Positions 1 to 12,786 of a stretch of DNA of 64,000 bases are shown piece after piece. The stretch's first letter is position 1. The number at the start of each line of letters is the position of its first letter. The translations under genes and the position numbers were made by a program. The DNA is taken from the NCBI GenBank assembly GCA_951406725.2, contig OX597838.1:28458001-28522000 (forward strand), in the 5' to 3' direction. This DNA comes from Octopus vulgaris (lineage: Eukaryota). A model generated the notes under the pieces. It saw nothing but the letters and a program-made list of their open reading frames with translations. It made no database searches and was not told where the DNA came from.

Positions 1-169
1 TGGGTTTCTTCCACCTCCTCCTCCTTCTCCTCTTCTTGCTCTTTCTCTGCCTCCTCGTCCTCCTCACTTTATCTCTTGTATAATTTTTTTTGTTTTCTTT
101 TTGACCTGCCTCTTCCTTCAGGGTGAAATTATTAATCTCAAGCATTTCTGATTCCTTTTTATAATGTGC

Positions 170-293
170 AGTGTGTGTGTGTGGGGGAGAGAGTGTGTGT
201 GTATGTATGTGTGTGTGTGTGTGTGAGAGTGTGTGTGTGGGAGAGAGTGTGTGTGTGAGTGTGTGTGTATGTGTGTGTAAGAGTGTGTGTGTG

Positions 294-341
<48 letters not shown>

Positions 342-650
342 TGTGTGAGTGTGTGTGTGTCTGAGAGAGTGAGTGAGAGAGAATGTGTACATGTGTATGA
401 GAATGTGCACGACTGTGTGTGGTGGGATGAGACAGTGTGCCTGTGTGTGTGAGTGAATGTATGTGAGAGAGAGAGTGTGTGAGACTGAAAGTGTGTGTGT
501 GTTGTGTGTGAGACTGAGAGTGAGCGTGAGACTGTGTTTGTGAGAGAGGGAAAGCGAGGGCTGAAACTGTGTGTGTGTGTGTGCATGAGTATTTATGTGA
601 ATGAGTGCGAAGGAGTGAGGCGATGTGTGTATATGTGTGTGTGTGTGTGT
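170..650. repeat. (TG)/(AG) compound microsatellite
   Basis: Direct inspection; explains the HT-rich ORFs. Confidence 0.95.
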
Positions 651-1519
651 TTTTATTCTTAGTAACAACCATTTGTGTTGTTCATTGTGTAATCATATTT
701 GTCTTTTATTCAATTTCATTCAACATTTATAAAGTGATTTTTAGCATTGAAAACAAAAGACAAACAAAACACCATACCATCAAAAGGATGCAGTTATTAA
801 TTAATTAATGAGGCCTGATGATATTAATTTGTAAAAATAATTATTATTGCTGATTTAGGCACAAGGCCTGCAGTTTTGAAGAGGGTGGGTATTACTCAAT
901 ACCTATTTCTTTATTGCCCACAAGGGGCTAAACATAGAGGGGACAAACATGGGCAGACATAGGTATTAAGTCGATTACATCGACCCCAGTGCGTAACTGG
1001 TACTTATTTAATTGACCTCGAAAGGATGAAAGGCAAAGTTGACCTCGGCGGAATACCATTGATCCCCAGTACTTGACTGGTACTGTTTTGTCAACCCTAG
1101 AGGGGATGAAAACAAAGTTGGCCCCATCAAGAGTTGAACTCAAAACCACAATAATGCAAAGTATTTTTTTTTTTTTTATGCATCATCAATTAATAACAGA
1201 TAATGGTTTCGGATCTTTGGCATGAGGCCAGCGAATGTAGTGGGTAGGGGTTCCTCATCTACATTGACCCCATACACACTGTGCTTGATGAATGCTTTAT
1301 TTTATTGATCCGGAAAAGTGCCAGATAAAAGGACCCATACTGGTGCTGCGTAAAAGCACTCTGGAAAGTGGTTGGCATTAGGAAGGCTATCCAGCCATAG
1401 AAACCATATCGAAACAGACATGGAGCCTGGGCAGGCCTACAACTGGTCAGCTCCTGTCAATCCATCCAAGCCATGCCAGCATGAAAACTGAACATTAAGT
1501 GATGATGATGTATAAGATA

Positions 1520-1808
1520 GCTAAGTTAATTTTTTGGCTCAAAAAGCAAAAAGCAAGGCCATGTAGGGGGACATTGAGTTATGTACAGGGTGGTGTTCAT
1601 GCAAAGAGTTCAGGCCAATTCTGGTCAAGAGGGACTTTGAACCGAGCGGTCGTCGGCATCTTCACTATCTCGTCTGGCAGCTTATTCCACGGACCCGCAA
1701 CCTGGACGGAGAAAGCCCCTCTCCTTCGATTGAGATGAAATCGTCGCAGATAGAGCTTTTCAGAGTGACCCCGCAGCTGACGCTCTGAAGCAGGAGTGAA
1801 GATGAGCT
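1520..1808 (-). mobile_element. CR1-type LINE 3' end
   Basis: Minus strand reads LRGHSEKLYLRRFHLNRRRGAFSVQVAGPWNKLPDEIVKMPTTARFKVPLD-stop, the usual CR1 ORF2 C-terminus. Confidence 0.8.
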
Positions 1809-2052
1809 TGTCTTATTCTGAAATGTAACTAAAAATTGCCATGCATTTAATGCAACCATATTCTAGATTGACCACCAAGTGTATGATAACTTAGGTAATT
1901 TAGATGCATTTTGGCCAAAGACTGGTGCAGGCCATGTCTAACAACTTAATAGCACCACCTGATAGGATCTGTTAAGTCATTTGTAAGGCAGGTTTTATGG
2001 TGTCGTGGCCCATTCAAGTAGGGAGTTGTTGTTGATTCAGATGTATCCAGGT

Positions 2053-2351
2053 CATCATCATGTGACTGACCAGGCTATCAGATGTTGTTACATATCGCTG
2101 GACACAATGCGCTTCGTATTGTTTTAGCCTTCAATTGACGCCACCCCATTGGCTAAGCGAGCAGGCCAACAGAAGAATGAGTGAGAGAAAGTTGCGGTGA
2201 AAGAGTACAGCAGGGATCACCACCACTCTCCGCCGGAGCCTTGTGGAGATTTAGGTGTTTTCACTCAATAAACACTCACAACGCCCGGTCTGGGAATCGA
2301 AACCGTGATCCTACGACTGCGAGTCCGCTGCCCTAACCACTGGGCCATTGC
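2053..2351 (-). mobile_element. SINE family D copy with a different 3' tail
   Basis: 11-bp TSD tgtatccaggt; head and body match 48800-48972; tail ends in tgatgatga. Confidence 0.82.
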
Positions 2352-2530
2352 TGTATCCAGGTATAGGTGACTTATTTGGATATCTTGAAGAAATTTGTCC
2401 TGGTTTTGTTTGAAGGTAATGAGATCTTTTTCTTTGATTTCTTTTGGGATATTGTTAAATAGAGCAGAGCCTATTGAGGAAAAGAAACTGGTGTTGTGAG
2501 ATTGAATTGTGTAGAGGTCATGTGGCCCCA
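2352..2530 (-). mobile_element. CR1/L2-clade LINE 3' fragment interrupted by a SINE
   Basis: Minus strand FFSSIGSALFNNIPKEIKEKDLITFKQNQDKFLQDI resembles LINE ORF2 C-termini. Confidence 0.6.
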
Positions 2531-5067
2531 GTAAAGGTCATATGGCATGTGGTGGCCCCAGCCTTGGATGAATTCTCAGTCGGATGTCAAGTTCATTTGG
2601 GCAGGGCTGGTGGTATATATTCTCCACATTGGTGCAAACGATTCAGTGCTCGGTGTATGGATGGAATAGAATTGAACTAGTTTCAGCTCACGAGCTGTGG
2701 TCATGCTGGAGCATTGCCATTTAAAGAAATGTGCCAACCACCAGATGTCGAAACCCAGGATCGAACCAGGGAAGATCTTCACTCTAACGCTCTCCCAACT
2801 GACCAAAATTCAGCTGATGAACCATATTAAAATTGGGCGGGGTTTCTTCACAAAAAAAAAGTAGAGGGGTTTGTCTTGTGCGAGAGTGCACCTCACGTAC
2901 TAATAGATGCAATATGCCTGGCATTAATTTAATAAAAGTTTGTGGATATTGATTTAGAAAGTGTTTATGCAAACCACATTTTGGCATTGTAGGAAACTGT
3001 GGCAGTGAATCAAAAAAACACAAGAGCTGTACACCAAATCATTGAAACCAGTTTATAAATTTAGCTTATTTCATGCAACATCTGGACTCGTTTTACTGTA
3101 TATTTTCTGATCATAATCTCCATTGTTAGACTGCTGTTCTCTCCTTCACTGCCACCTCTCCCCAACGCCATTTCTTTTGTTTGTTTATTCCCTACTTGGT
3201 TCAGGTGCTCCCTTCCCTTGTCTTCTCCTTCCTCTCTCTCTCTCTCTCCCTGATTTTTCTCTTCCTCTTCCTTCTCCTTTCTCTCCCCTTCCTTCTCCTC
3301 TATCCTACTCTTCTCTCTTTCTTTCCCTCCCTTCTCCTTCCTCTCTCTCTCTCCCTGATTTTTCTCTCCCCCTCTTCCCATTCTTCAATCTTTTTCTCCT
3401 TTCTCTCCTCTTCCTTCTCCTCCCACCCACTCCTCTCTCTTCCTTTCTCTCCCTTCTCTCAATTCCCCTTTTCCACCTCTTCTTCGTCTGCCTTCTCCCT
3501 CCCTCCCTTGTTCCTCTTCTCCATCTCTCTTCTTTCTGTCTCCCTCCTCCCCTTTCTCTCCTCCTTTTCTTCTCCCTCCCACTTTTCCACCTCCCTTCTT
3601 TACATCTTGACCACAGATGTCACCAGGAGTCAACATTATATATTTACAGTTAAGTCTAATTTAGATATTAACTAAAATAGAGATTTCAACCACTCACTGT
3701 GCTGAGCTGTCCTTAATACTGATTTTTATCAGTGTTTGTCTCTTCTTATTTGAACTCAGACCATAAAAAGGTGGTAAGTAAATACAGAAGAGCATTCAAG
3801 TGATTCTGATGTCCATCATACTAGTAGCAGCAGCAGCAGCAGCAGTAGTAGTTTTAAACAACATGCTGCATGGTTGACCAAGCTATCCAATGCCAGCATG
3901 AAGATAATGGACATGAAAACTGTTCAGATTGGCTGAAGAAGACACCTTCTCCTCTACTTGCCTGTCCTGATTGAGCAGGCCTGTGATCAAAATCATTCTA
4001 GTTGTGACCAATAATATGTCCCTTCTATTAAAATTTTTTTTTTTTAGACAGGGGAAAGATCTGAAGGTAATTTAGCTATGACTTTTAGCTGGTTGAGTGA
4101 ATGCAGAGCAGCTCCCTTGTGGGTTTGAAGCCCTCGGTGGGTAGTGTGTTTAGTTTTTATATTGAGGGGAACAAAGGAGCCTTTGCATAGTTACTTGATG
4201 TGTTCAAAATAGGGAGAGAGAACAAGGAAAAGATCTTCAAACTGAAGAAATAACCTAAATATTTACAACAGCATCGATCCAGTTAAAGGCTCCCAAGGAC
4301 CCAATTGATGGTCAGCCATGGCTGATAGAAGTAATTTTCAAAATTCACCATGTCTAGGTACTTACCTGCACTCAGAAAGTGAAATCTCTAGCTGCTACCC
4401 TCATGATAGAAAATTTGTTTTAGCAATGTGGTCTTCCTCATCTTTTGGCCAGAGAACCAAAAATATGTACACAGGTGCAGTTGGTCCCCCTCAGCCACAG
4501 ACACAATCATAACCTGGGAGGCAACTATTTTTTCCTTCCTAGAAAATGTTATAGCGTTTCACTTATCACTACTGCCAAGCTAACCAGGGCTGTACATTCC
4601 CCTCCGGCATAAAAGAGGCCATGTTCTTCTGGCTGGCATATCTGGAGAGTCATCAGTATTACTAATTGCAAAAAAAAGGTAGTGAGCTGGTAGAATTGTT
4701 AGCATGCTGAGAAAAATGCTTAGTAGTATTTCATCCATCTGTACATTCTGAGTTCAAATTCCACTGAGGTCAACTTTGCCTTTCATCTTTTCGGGGTCAA
4801 TAAATTAAGTACCAGTTGAGGCCTGAGGTCAATGTTATCAACTTACCCCCTCCCCAAAAATTGCTGGCCTTGTGCTAATGTTTGAACCCAATACTGCTAA
4901 TTGCAATGGTATAGATGCAAAGCCAGTGGTTACTTTCTGGCTGATTATATGCCATAGCCAGGAATATACATCTCGACTATAAAAGTATGTATGTATGTGT
5001 GTGTGTGTATTTATGTGTGAATGTATATATATATGTGTGTGTGTGTGTATATATATGTGTGTGTGTG

Positions 5068-5105
<38 letters not shown>

Positions 5106-7245
5106 GGTGCAGGCATGGCTGTGCAGTAAGAAACTTGCTTCCTAACCACATGGTTCCAGGTTCAGTCCCACTGCGTGGCACCTTGGGCAAGAGTCTTCTA
5201 CTATAGCCTCGGGCCAACCAAAGCCTTGAGAGTGGATTTTGTAGTTGGAAACTGAAAGAAGCCCATATATATATAGATGTGTGTGTGTGTGTTTGTCCCT
5301 CCCCCACCATCACTTCACAACCAGTTTTGGTGTGTTTACATCCCCATAACTTAGCAGTTCGGCAAAAGAGTCTGATAGAATAAGTACTAGGCTTACAAAG
5401 AATAAGTCCTGGGGTCACTTTGTTCAACTAAAGGCGGTACTCCAGCATGGCCACAGTCAAATGACTGAAACAAATAAAATAGAAAAGAATATAAGACTTT
5501 AGCTGAAGTTACCGCCAGTGTCATGCAGTGGAATCGAACCTGGAATCCTATGGATGTAAAGCAAACTTTTTAGCCACATGGCTATGTTTGTACCTGGCTT
5601 TTTCTTTGCTAAACTCCAGCATCTTCCTAGAGACACCAATGGGAAGTGGCCCTGTTTGCCTCCAGCACAAGGGTGGATGGTGGAGACAAAGATAGAGGTG
5701 AGGTGTTTATTTAGTCTTGCAAATTCTCTTGTAGTGGGGGCTCGTGGCTTAGTGGTTAGGGTGTCAGCATCATGATCGTAAGATTGTGGTTTCGATTCCT
5801 GGACCGGGTGATGCGTTGTGTTCTTGAGCAAAATGCTTCATTTCACGTTACTCCAGTCCACTCAGCTGGCAAAAATGAGTAATGCTGTGATGGACTGGCG
5901 TCCCGTTCAGCTGGGGAATACCTATGCCATAGAAACCAGGAAACCGGGGCCTATGAGCCTGGCTAGGCTTTAAAAGGGCGCATTTATTTATTTTAAATTC
6001 TCTTGTACCATTCTTTCAGTTTTGCAACCTTATGTTAATGACCGTTATGGATTGAGGTGAAGTGGTGGTGGTGGTGGAGGAATCTATAGGGGCAGTAGGC
6101 GGAGAAGGGATGAAGGGGAGATTAGGAAATGAGAGGGGTGGCAGGTAGAGGAGTAGTGCGAGGAGGAGGAGGAGCAACAAGTGATAAAGTAAAGTGAGGG
6201 AGATTAGGAAGTGAGGAAAGGGGGAGGAGAGCAACAGGTGGAGGCATGATAGAAGTGTGGTGGTGGTGGTGGTGGTGGGGAAAGAACAGCTGGTAGAAAA
6301 GCCATGAGAGGGGGTGGAGGAAGCAACAGGTGGAGAAGTAATGGGAGGAGAGGGAGATAAGGAATTGAGAGGAAGAGGGGGAAAGGAACAGCTGGAGAAG
6401 TAATGGGAGGGAGAGGGAGATTAGGAAATGAGAGGAAGGTGCAGTAAAAGCTTAAGAGGACTGTAGGAAAGGAAAGCGATCTGTATGGGTGGTGGTGGTG
6501 GTGGTGGGAGGTAGAAGTATTGTTAAGCCACCTTCCTCCCCCCCCTCCTGGTCAGTGACTAAATATACTCTGACACAGTATTTATTCGATGTTGTAATTT
6601 CCACAAATAATTACTACAATTTTTGCATGTTTGAAAATTGCTGGCCACTTAACAGAATAATCACCACCCCCACATCTACCATCCCCACAAAAAAACAAAA
6701 AAATAAAAAATAAAAAAAAAGACAGAAAATAGCATGATCACCTTTCTCCCCTCCTTGAAAAATAGAAGCTCCCGTTTACTATATTATACCATATAATGCA
6801 ACCGATCTTTCCCTCTCTCTCTCTCTCTTATTTTTGTGTTGCTGCCACCTCTGAAGTTACCAAAAGCAAGGAGGCATTGAAATCTCACTCCTTTTGACCT
6901 TTAATAAAAAATTTTGTTTATCCACAAAGTGTCTCTTGGTCAAATCCATGTGGAAATTTATTGAACACACACACACACACAAACATGTACACATACACAT
7001 GTACACACATCTACATGTACTTATACTTGCACATACACACATACCTTTGTACGCACTGCACGTACACACACAATGTATACACACATATACACACACACAT
7101 TCTTCAGTAGCTGTTCCCAACAGCAACTCCTAAGGCTGCATGTGGCCCTCAAGCATCCTCCGGGTAGCCCCCCCCTGACAGCCTTCCCTTTATAAATATA
7201 ATTTTTCTTTGGTGTTTTACTTTTTTTTAGTGTTTAATATCCACA

Positions 7246-7415
7246 GGCGCAGGAGTGGCTGTGTGGTAAGTAGCTTGCTAACCAACCACATGGTTCCGGG
7301 TTCAACCCACTGCGTGGCATCTTGGGCAAGTGTCTTCTGCTATAGCCCCGGGCCGACCAATGCCTTGTGAGTGGATTTGGTAGACGGAAACTGAAAGAAG
7401 CCTGTCGTATATATG

Positions 7416-7446
<31 letters not shown>

Positions 7447-7647
7447 CTGTGTTTGTCCCTCTAGCATTGCTTGACAACCGCTGCTGCTGTGTTTACGTCC
7501 CCGTCAATTAGCAGTTCGGCAAAAGAGACCAATAGAATAAGTACTGGGCTTACAAAGAATAAGTCCCGGGATCGATTTGCTCGACTAAAGGCGGTGCTCC
7601 AGCATGGCCGCAGTCAAATGACTGAAACAAGTAAAAGAGTAAAAGAG
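7246..7647 (+). mobile_element. tRNA-derived SINE family A (about 400 bp, internal TA/TG microsatellite); full copies also near 5106+, 59860+, 11087-, 23063-, 24055-, 32349-, 49357-, 50322-
   Basis: A-box TGGCTGTGTGG, B-box GGTTCA(A/G)(C/T)CC, conserved body, (AAAAGAGT)n tail; many near-identical copies in the window. Confidence 0.9.
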
Positions 7648-9142
7648 TATACATATATATATTGTAGTATTAAACAAAATACAGAAAGCATGCATGGTAT
7701 TCTTTATAAAACAGACAAGCAATTTGACAAATTTTCTGCCAGAATTACATAATTGATTTCTGAAACCTTATATAATCTCATTAAATTACCTCTCCAGAGT
7801 TTCATATATTTTTATGAAGGTGCAGCAGTGGCTGTATGGTAAGTAGTTTGCTTACCAACCACATGGTTCCGGGTTCAGTCCCATTGTGTGGCATCTTGGG
7901 CAAGTGTCTTCTACTATAGCCTCGGGCTGACCAAAGCCTTTGTGAGTGGATTTGGTAGACAGACTGAAAGAAACCTGTCGTATATATGTGTGTGTGTGTG
8001 TTTGTGCGTCTGTCCCCTCACCATCGTTTCACAACCTATGCTGGTGTGTTTACATCCCAGTAACTTAGCAGTCCAGCAAAATTGACCAAGATGTATGTCG
8101 TTTTTGTGTCCTCTCCATTTTCTTATTTGCTGTATAAATTAAGGGTCAACCCCTTTTTACCCCCACCAATATATAGCGCTCAATTGTGAGATTACCAATG
8201 GGATGTTCTTTGATTGTAGCTCTCTGTTGGATCAGGGTTAAGACAGAGATAAGCGACGACAAAACCACTGGTTACCTAGCAATTGTGCAATAATGCAACA
8301 GCCTGCAAAAAAAAAAAACTGAAAGTTTTTTCGACTTCTCTCAAATCTAAAAATACTGCAGACGATTTACAAAACATTCTTTTTAATGTCAACGTTCGAT
8401 TGTCACAGCTTGTCCATGCCAAAGTTGTGGCAAGCTCAATTTACTGTGTTAGATTAGAAGCTAGATAAGATATTATCACCATTCATGTTTTAATGTCTAC
8501 TTTTTCATGCTAGCATGGGTCGAAAGGAGTTTAGAGTTTATTGAGGCAGGTTTTCTATGGCTGGGTACCTTTCCTGTCGCCAACCTTCACCTGTCTCTGA
8601 GTTAGGCAATATTTCCCCCATGGGCAGATACATTTTCACAGAATATTGGAAATGAATGACACTGCTTGTATGACAGTGATACTCATTTACGACTATCACA
8701 CAATGTTAGTACAAGGAGATACACACACATACACTATATACACTGGCATGAGGGCCAGTCAGGCTGTACCGGCATTGACCACTCTTGAATGGTGCTTTTT
8801 ACGTGTCACTGACTGGCACCAGTGCTGGTGGCATGTAAAAAGCACCATTCAAGCGTGGTTGATGCCAGTGCCACCTGACTGGCCCTCGTGCCAGTGGCAC
8901 GTAAAGCACCCACTACACTCTCGGAGTGGTTGGCGTTAGGAAGGGCATCCAGCTGTAGAAACTCTGCCAGATCAGATTGGAGCCTGGTGCAGCCAGCATG
9001 GAAAGTGGACAGTTAACGATGATAATGATGATACATATATGTATATATATATCGTTGTAAAGCATAACTCTGAAAACGAAGCACACTCTAAGTTATATAG
9101 CAGTATATAATATAATTATAAAATTAGATAAGGCCAGTTTAT

Positions 9143-9366
9143 GGTATTACGCAGGGTTTCACGTCCATAAAGCATTTAACTTTATGGTGTCTCATCAGAT
9201 CCCAAAACCTTAAGGCCTCTCTAGCAAGTGGCCTCTCTAGAATACGGAGGAGGCAAGGTCCTTTCCTCCTCCGTATTTTAGAGTGGCCTTAAGCCAACAA
9301 GTTTTGGGATCTGATGATACACCGTAAAGCTAAACGCTTTAAGGATGTGAAACCCGGCGTAATTCC
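9143..9366. mobile_element. Penelope-like inverted-repeat remnant with a hammerhead on each arm (9306-9366 +, 9143-9203 -)
   Basis: Imperfect palindrome centred near 9260; + arm gggat CTGATGA [hairpin] GAAAC ccggc GTA attcc; - arm gggat CTGATGA [ccataaag/ctttatgg] GAAAC cctgc GTA atacc. Confidence 0.72.
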
Positions 9367-9509
9367 ATTGGAACCTTCGTCGTTGTAACCAACAGTGTGC
9401 CATAGTAATATGTGTGTGTGTGGACTTCTTTCAGTTTCTGTCTATCACATCTCACAAGGCTTTGTGCTACAGATTCGTAGATAGGACTCTTTTCTTTGAG
9501 AGTCTAACA

Positions 9510-9728
9510 CAGTGCTTTTCAAGCTTTTTGTTGGAGCGGAACCCCAAGGAAACATTCCACTGGCTCGAGGAACCCCTGTGCAATAATTTAATAGTTTTAT
9601 GCACACATATCTGCACAGGAGAATTAAAAATTACTGCCGATTTTAGCAGTTTTGTAACTTCTTGCGGAACTCCTGGACTGTACTGGCGGAACCCTAAGGT
9701 TCCGCGGAACCCTGGTTGAAAACCACTG
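9510..9728. mobile_element. hAT-type MITE
   Basis: TIRs CAGTGCTTTTCAA / TTGAAAACCACTG; 8-bp TSD gtctaaca at 9502-9509 and 9729-9736. Confidence 0.85.
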
Positions 9729-11556
9729 GTCTAACATGTCATATGCATGTTTATAGCTACCCCACCCCTTAGAACAAAATACAGACTGGAAACAATTCAA
9801 CCTGCCAAGTCAATGAGAGAGTCTATATGCGATCGCGTGACCGTCTAAAAATAGCAGTCGAATCTCCATCAAATTACTTGATGCTGCAAGGCTGTATGTA
9901 TTTGGATGGTTATTTCTAGATATATCGCGTCTGAATGGTAGACAGAATGGTCGTAGCTGGAATTGTGTTGTTACGTCTGTCTGATCAGAGCTGACCTAAT
10001 CAACAACTTTAGTGTGTAGACTTAATACCTTATCATCTCGCCCAGTTGCAACATTCACACACACACAAATTTACAGCTTCGCCTACACATACAGGCACGG
10101 CAATACATATCTGGACGTGTGTGATATCATTTATTTTATTACTCTTTCAGCTGTCTCAGATCAGGTGTGTTTGATATTCGTTAATCTTCATATCGCTATT
10201 CTCCGTTATTGCATCCAGAACGGAAAAAGAAATCAATACATTCAGGACTAATTAAAGCGTTCGTTATTGATGAAAGCAATGTTGTAAAATAGGTAAAGAG
10301 AGTACTGCTGAGCTCTGCAGGATATAAAGTTGCTGGTAAACGAAGCTGGTTTCAAGCCATCACTACACTACTAATTCATGAATTCCATGGGGTGGTAAAA
10401 TCATTATAGTAACTTGTATTTCACCATTTACACTGGAGTCATGGAAGATGGTTAGTCTCACTTCAGATCATGAATAGTCAAGTGTGTTACTATCATTTTA
10501 GGAGTGGCAGTGTGGTAAGTAGCTTGTTTACCCACCACATGGTTCCGGGTTCAGTCCCATTGCGTTATAGGGTTTGGTCAAACCCTTATAGGGTTTGGTC
10601 AAACAAAGTGACTCCAGTACTCATTTTTTTTAAAGTCTGGTACTTATTCTATTGGTCTCTTTTACCAAACTGCTAAGTTACAGGGATGTAAAGAAATAAA
10701 GACCAGTTATCAAGCTGTGGTGGGGAGCAAACACAAATGCACACACAATGGGCTTCTTTCAGTTTCTATCAACCAAATCCGCCCACAAGGCTTTGGTTGG
10801 CCCACAGCTATAGAAGACACTTGCCTAAGCTGCTGTACATTGGAACTGAACCTGGAACCATGTGGTTGGGAAGCAAACTTCATACTACACAGCCATGCCT
10901 GTCATTATATAAAAAAAAAGCACCCAGTACACTCTGTAAAGTGGTTGGCATTAGGAAGGGCATCCAGCCATAGAGACCATGCCAAAACTAGTGACTGGAG
11001 CATAGTGCAGCCCTCCGGCTTGCCAGCTCTTGTGAAACTGTCCAACCCATGCCAGCATGGACAACGGACGTTAAATAATGACACATACTCTTTTACTCGT
11101 TTCAGTCATTTGACTGTGGCCATGCTGGAGTACCACCTTTAGTCGAGCAAATCGACCTCAGGACTTATTCTTTGTAAGCTTAGTACTTATTCTATCAGTG
11201 TCTTTTGCTGAACCGCTAAATTACAGTGATACAAACACACCAGCATCAGTTGTCAAGCGATGTTGGGGGGACAAACACAGACACACAAAAACACACACAC
11301 ACACACATATATATATATGTGTATATACGACAGGCTTCTTTCAGTTTCCATCTACCAAATCCACTCATAAGGCTTTGGTCGACCCGTGGCTATAGTAAAA
11401 GACACTTGCCCAAAGTGCCACGCAATGGGACTGAACCCGGAACCATGTGGTGGGTAAACAAGCTACTTACCACACTGCCACTCCTAAAATGATAGTAACA
11501 TGACTGAAACCAGTAACAAGGAAAACACATAAACACCTAATACCTATATGTATGCA

Positions 11557-11609
<53 letters not shown>

Positions 11610-11684
11610 ATATATATATATGCGTGTGTGTATGTATATGTGCGTATTATATGTGTATATATTTGTGTCTGTGTATATATTGTG

Positions 11685-11736
<52 letters not shown>

Positions 11737-11738
<2 letters not shown>

Positions 11739-11870
11739 GTTGAAATTTATAGAAAAAACAAAAGACGAAGACAGGTGTATGAACAACAAGCAAGTGTATT
11801 AGTCTTTTACGTTTCGAGCCTATGCTCTTCAACAGAAAGGAGTAATAAGAAATAAAGAGAGAGAGAGAAT
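11737..11870 (-). mobile_element. Penelope-like fragment with 36-nt hammerhead-like motif (11804-11839); second copy at about 18908-19100
   Basis: Minus strand: cttt CTGTTGA a GAGC-atag-GCTC GAAA CG TA aaag; same motif at 18999-19034; both copies abut (TA)n. Confidence 0.62.
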
Positions 11871-12552
11871 ATACTCATGCATGCACACACACTCTCAAAT
11901 GTATAAAAACCTACATACACAGGTCATAAAATAGATTGATAATTTTTTTCATTAATTATCTGTTGTATTAGTCATTTATGATTTAGTATGCCTTATCATT
12001 TCCTTCATTGTTTTTCTGGTCTGTCATTAGACTGTGGCCATACTGGAGCATGATTCTTAAGGGTACTACTGATTATGTTGACCCTGATGCATTGCATGGT
12101 GCCTATTTTACCGACTTTGGAAGGTGGGGCAAAGGTAAGGCCAACCAGGGCAGGATAGGACTTCAATTCAAAATGCCAAATGAAATAACCAAACACCACA
12201 AGGTGTTCTGTGAAGTGCTCTACTGATTCTGTCAGTAAATATACACAAATGCAGGTATAGCTGTGTGGGAAGGAATTTGGCTCCTAATCACACAGTTCTG
12301 GTAGAGGAGCAAACTTGCCCAAGGTCCCACTGTGTGGCGCCTGGGACAAATACCTTCTATAGCCCTGGACTGACTAAAGCCTTGTGAGTGGATTTGGCAG
12401 ATGGAAACTGAAAGAAGCCTATTATGCGTATATGTATAAGTTTGTTGAGGCTGATTTACTGTAACTGGATGTTCTTTCTGTAGCCAACGCTCAGTTGTTT
12501 CCAACCAAGGTGATACACTTTGAGTCCCTTGAACGCAAACAGTATGGAAATA

Positions 12553-12786
12553 TACTTCTTTACTACCCACAAGGGGCTAAACACAGAGAGGACAAACAAG
12601 GACGGACAAAGGGATTAAGTCGATTACATTGACCCCAGTGCGTAACTGGTACTTAATTTATCGACCCCGAAAGGATGAAAGGTAAAGTCGACCTCGACTG
12701 AATTTGAACTCAGAACGTAACGGCAGACGAAATACGGCTACGCATTTTGCCCGGCGTGCTAACGTTTCTGCCAGCTCGCCGTCTTC
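12553..12786 (-). mobile_element. SINE family B with a Meta-like central domain; copies near 13115-13580, 17738-17969, 29418-29640, 40011-40242, 58655-59480
   Basis: 15-bp TSD aacagtatggaaata; head gagctggcagaaacgttagc...gagttcaaattc; core gcctttcatcctttcggggtcgataaattaagtacc resembles the recalled MetaSINE domain. Confidence 0.82.

Noticed and set aside
3123-3675. Leu/Ser/Phe-rich membrane-protein-like ORFs
   Set aside because: Products of a CT-rich polypyrimidine tract, open in several frames.
6849-6905. Possible minus-strand exon (SKGVRFQCLLAFGNFR) and a strong minus-strand donor near 4361-4366
   Set aside because: Could not be chained into a gene or matched to a known protein.
7140-7169. 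ATG TGG CCC TCA AGC ATC CTC CGG|gtagcc as AGTRAP exon 1
   Set aside because: Phase fits but the donor is weak and MWPSSILR has little similarity to the recalled N-terminus; exon 1 may be upstream of the window.
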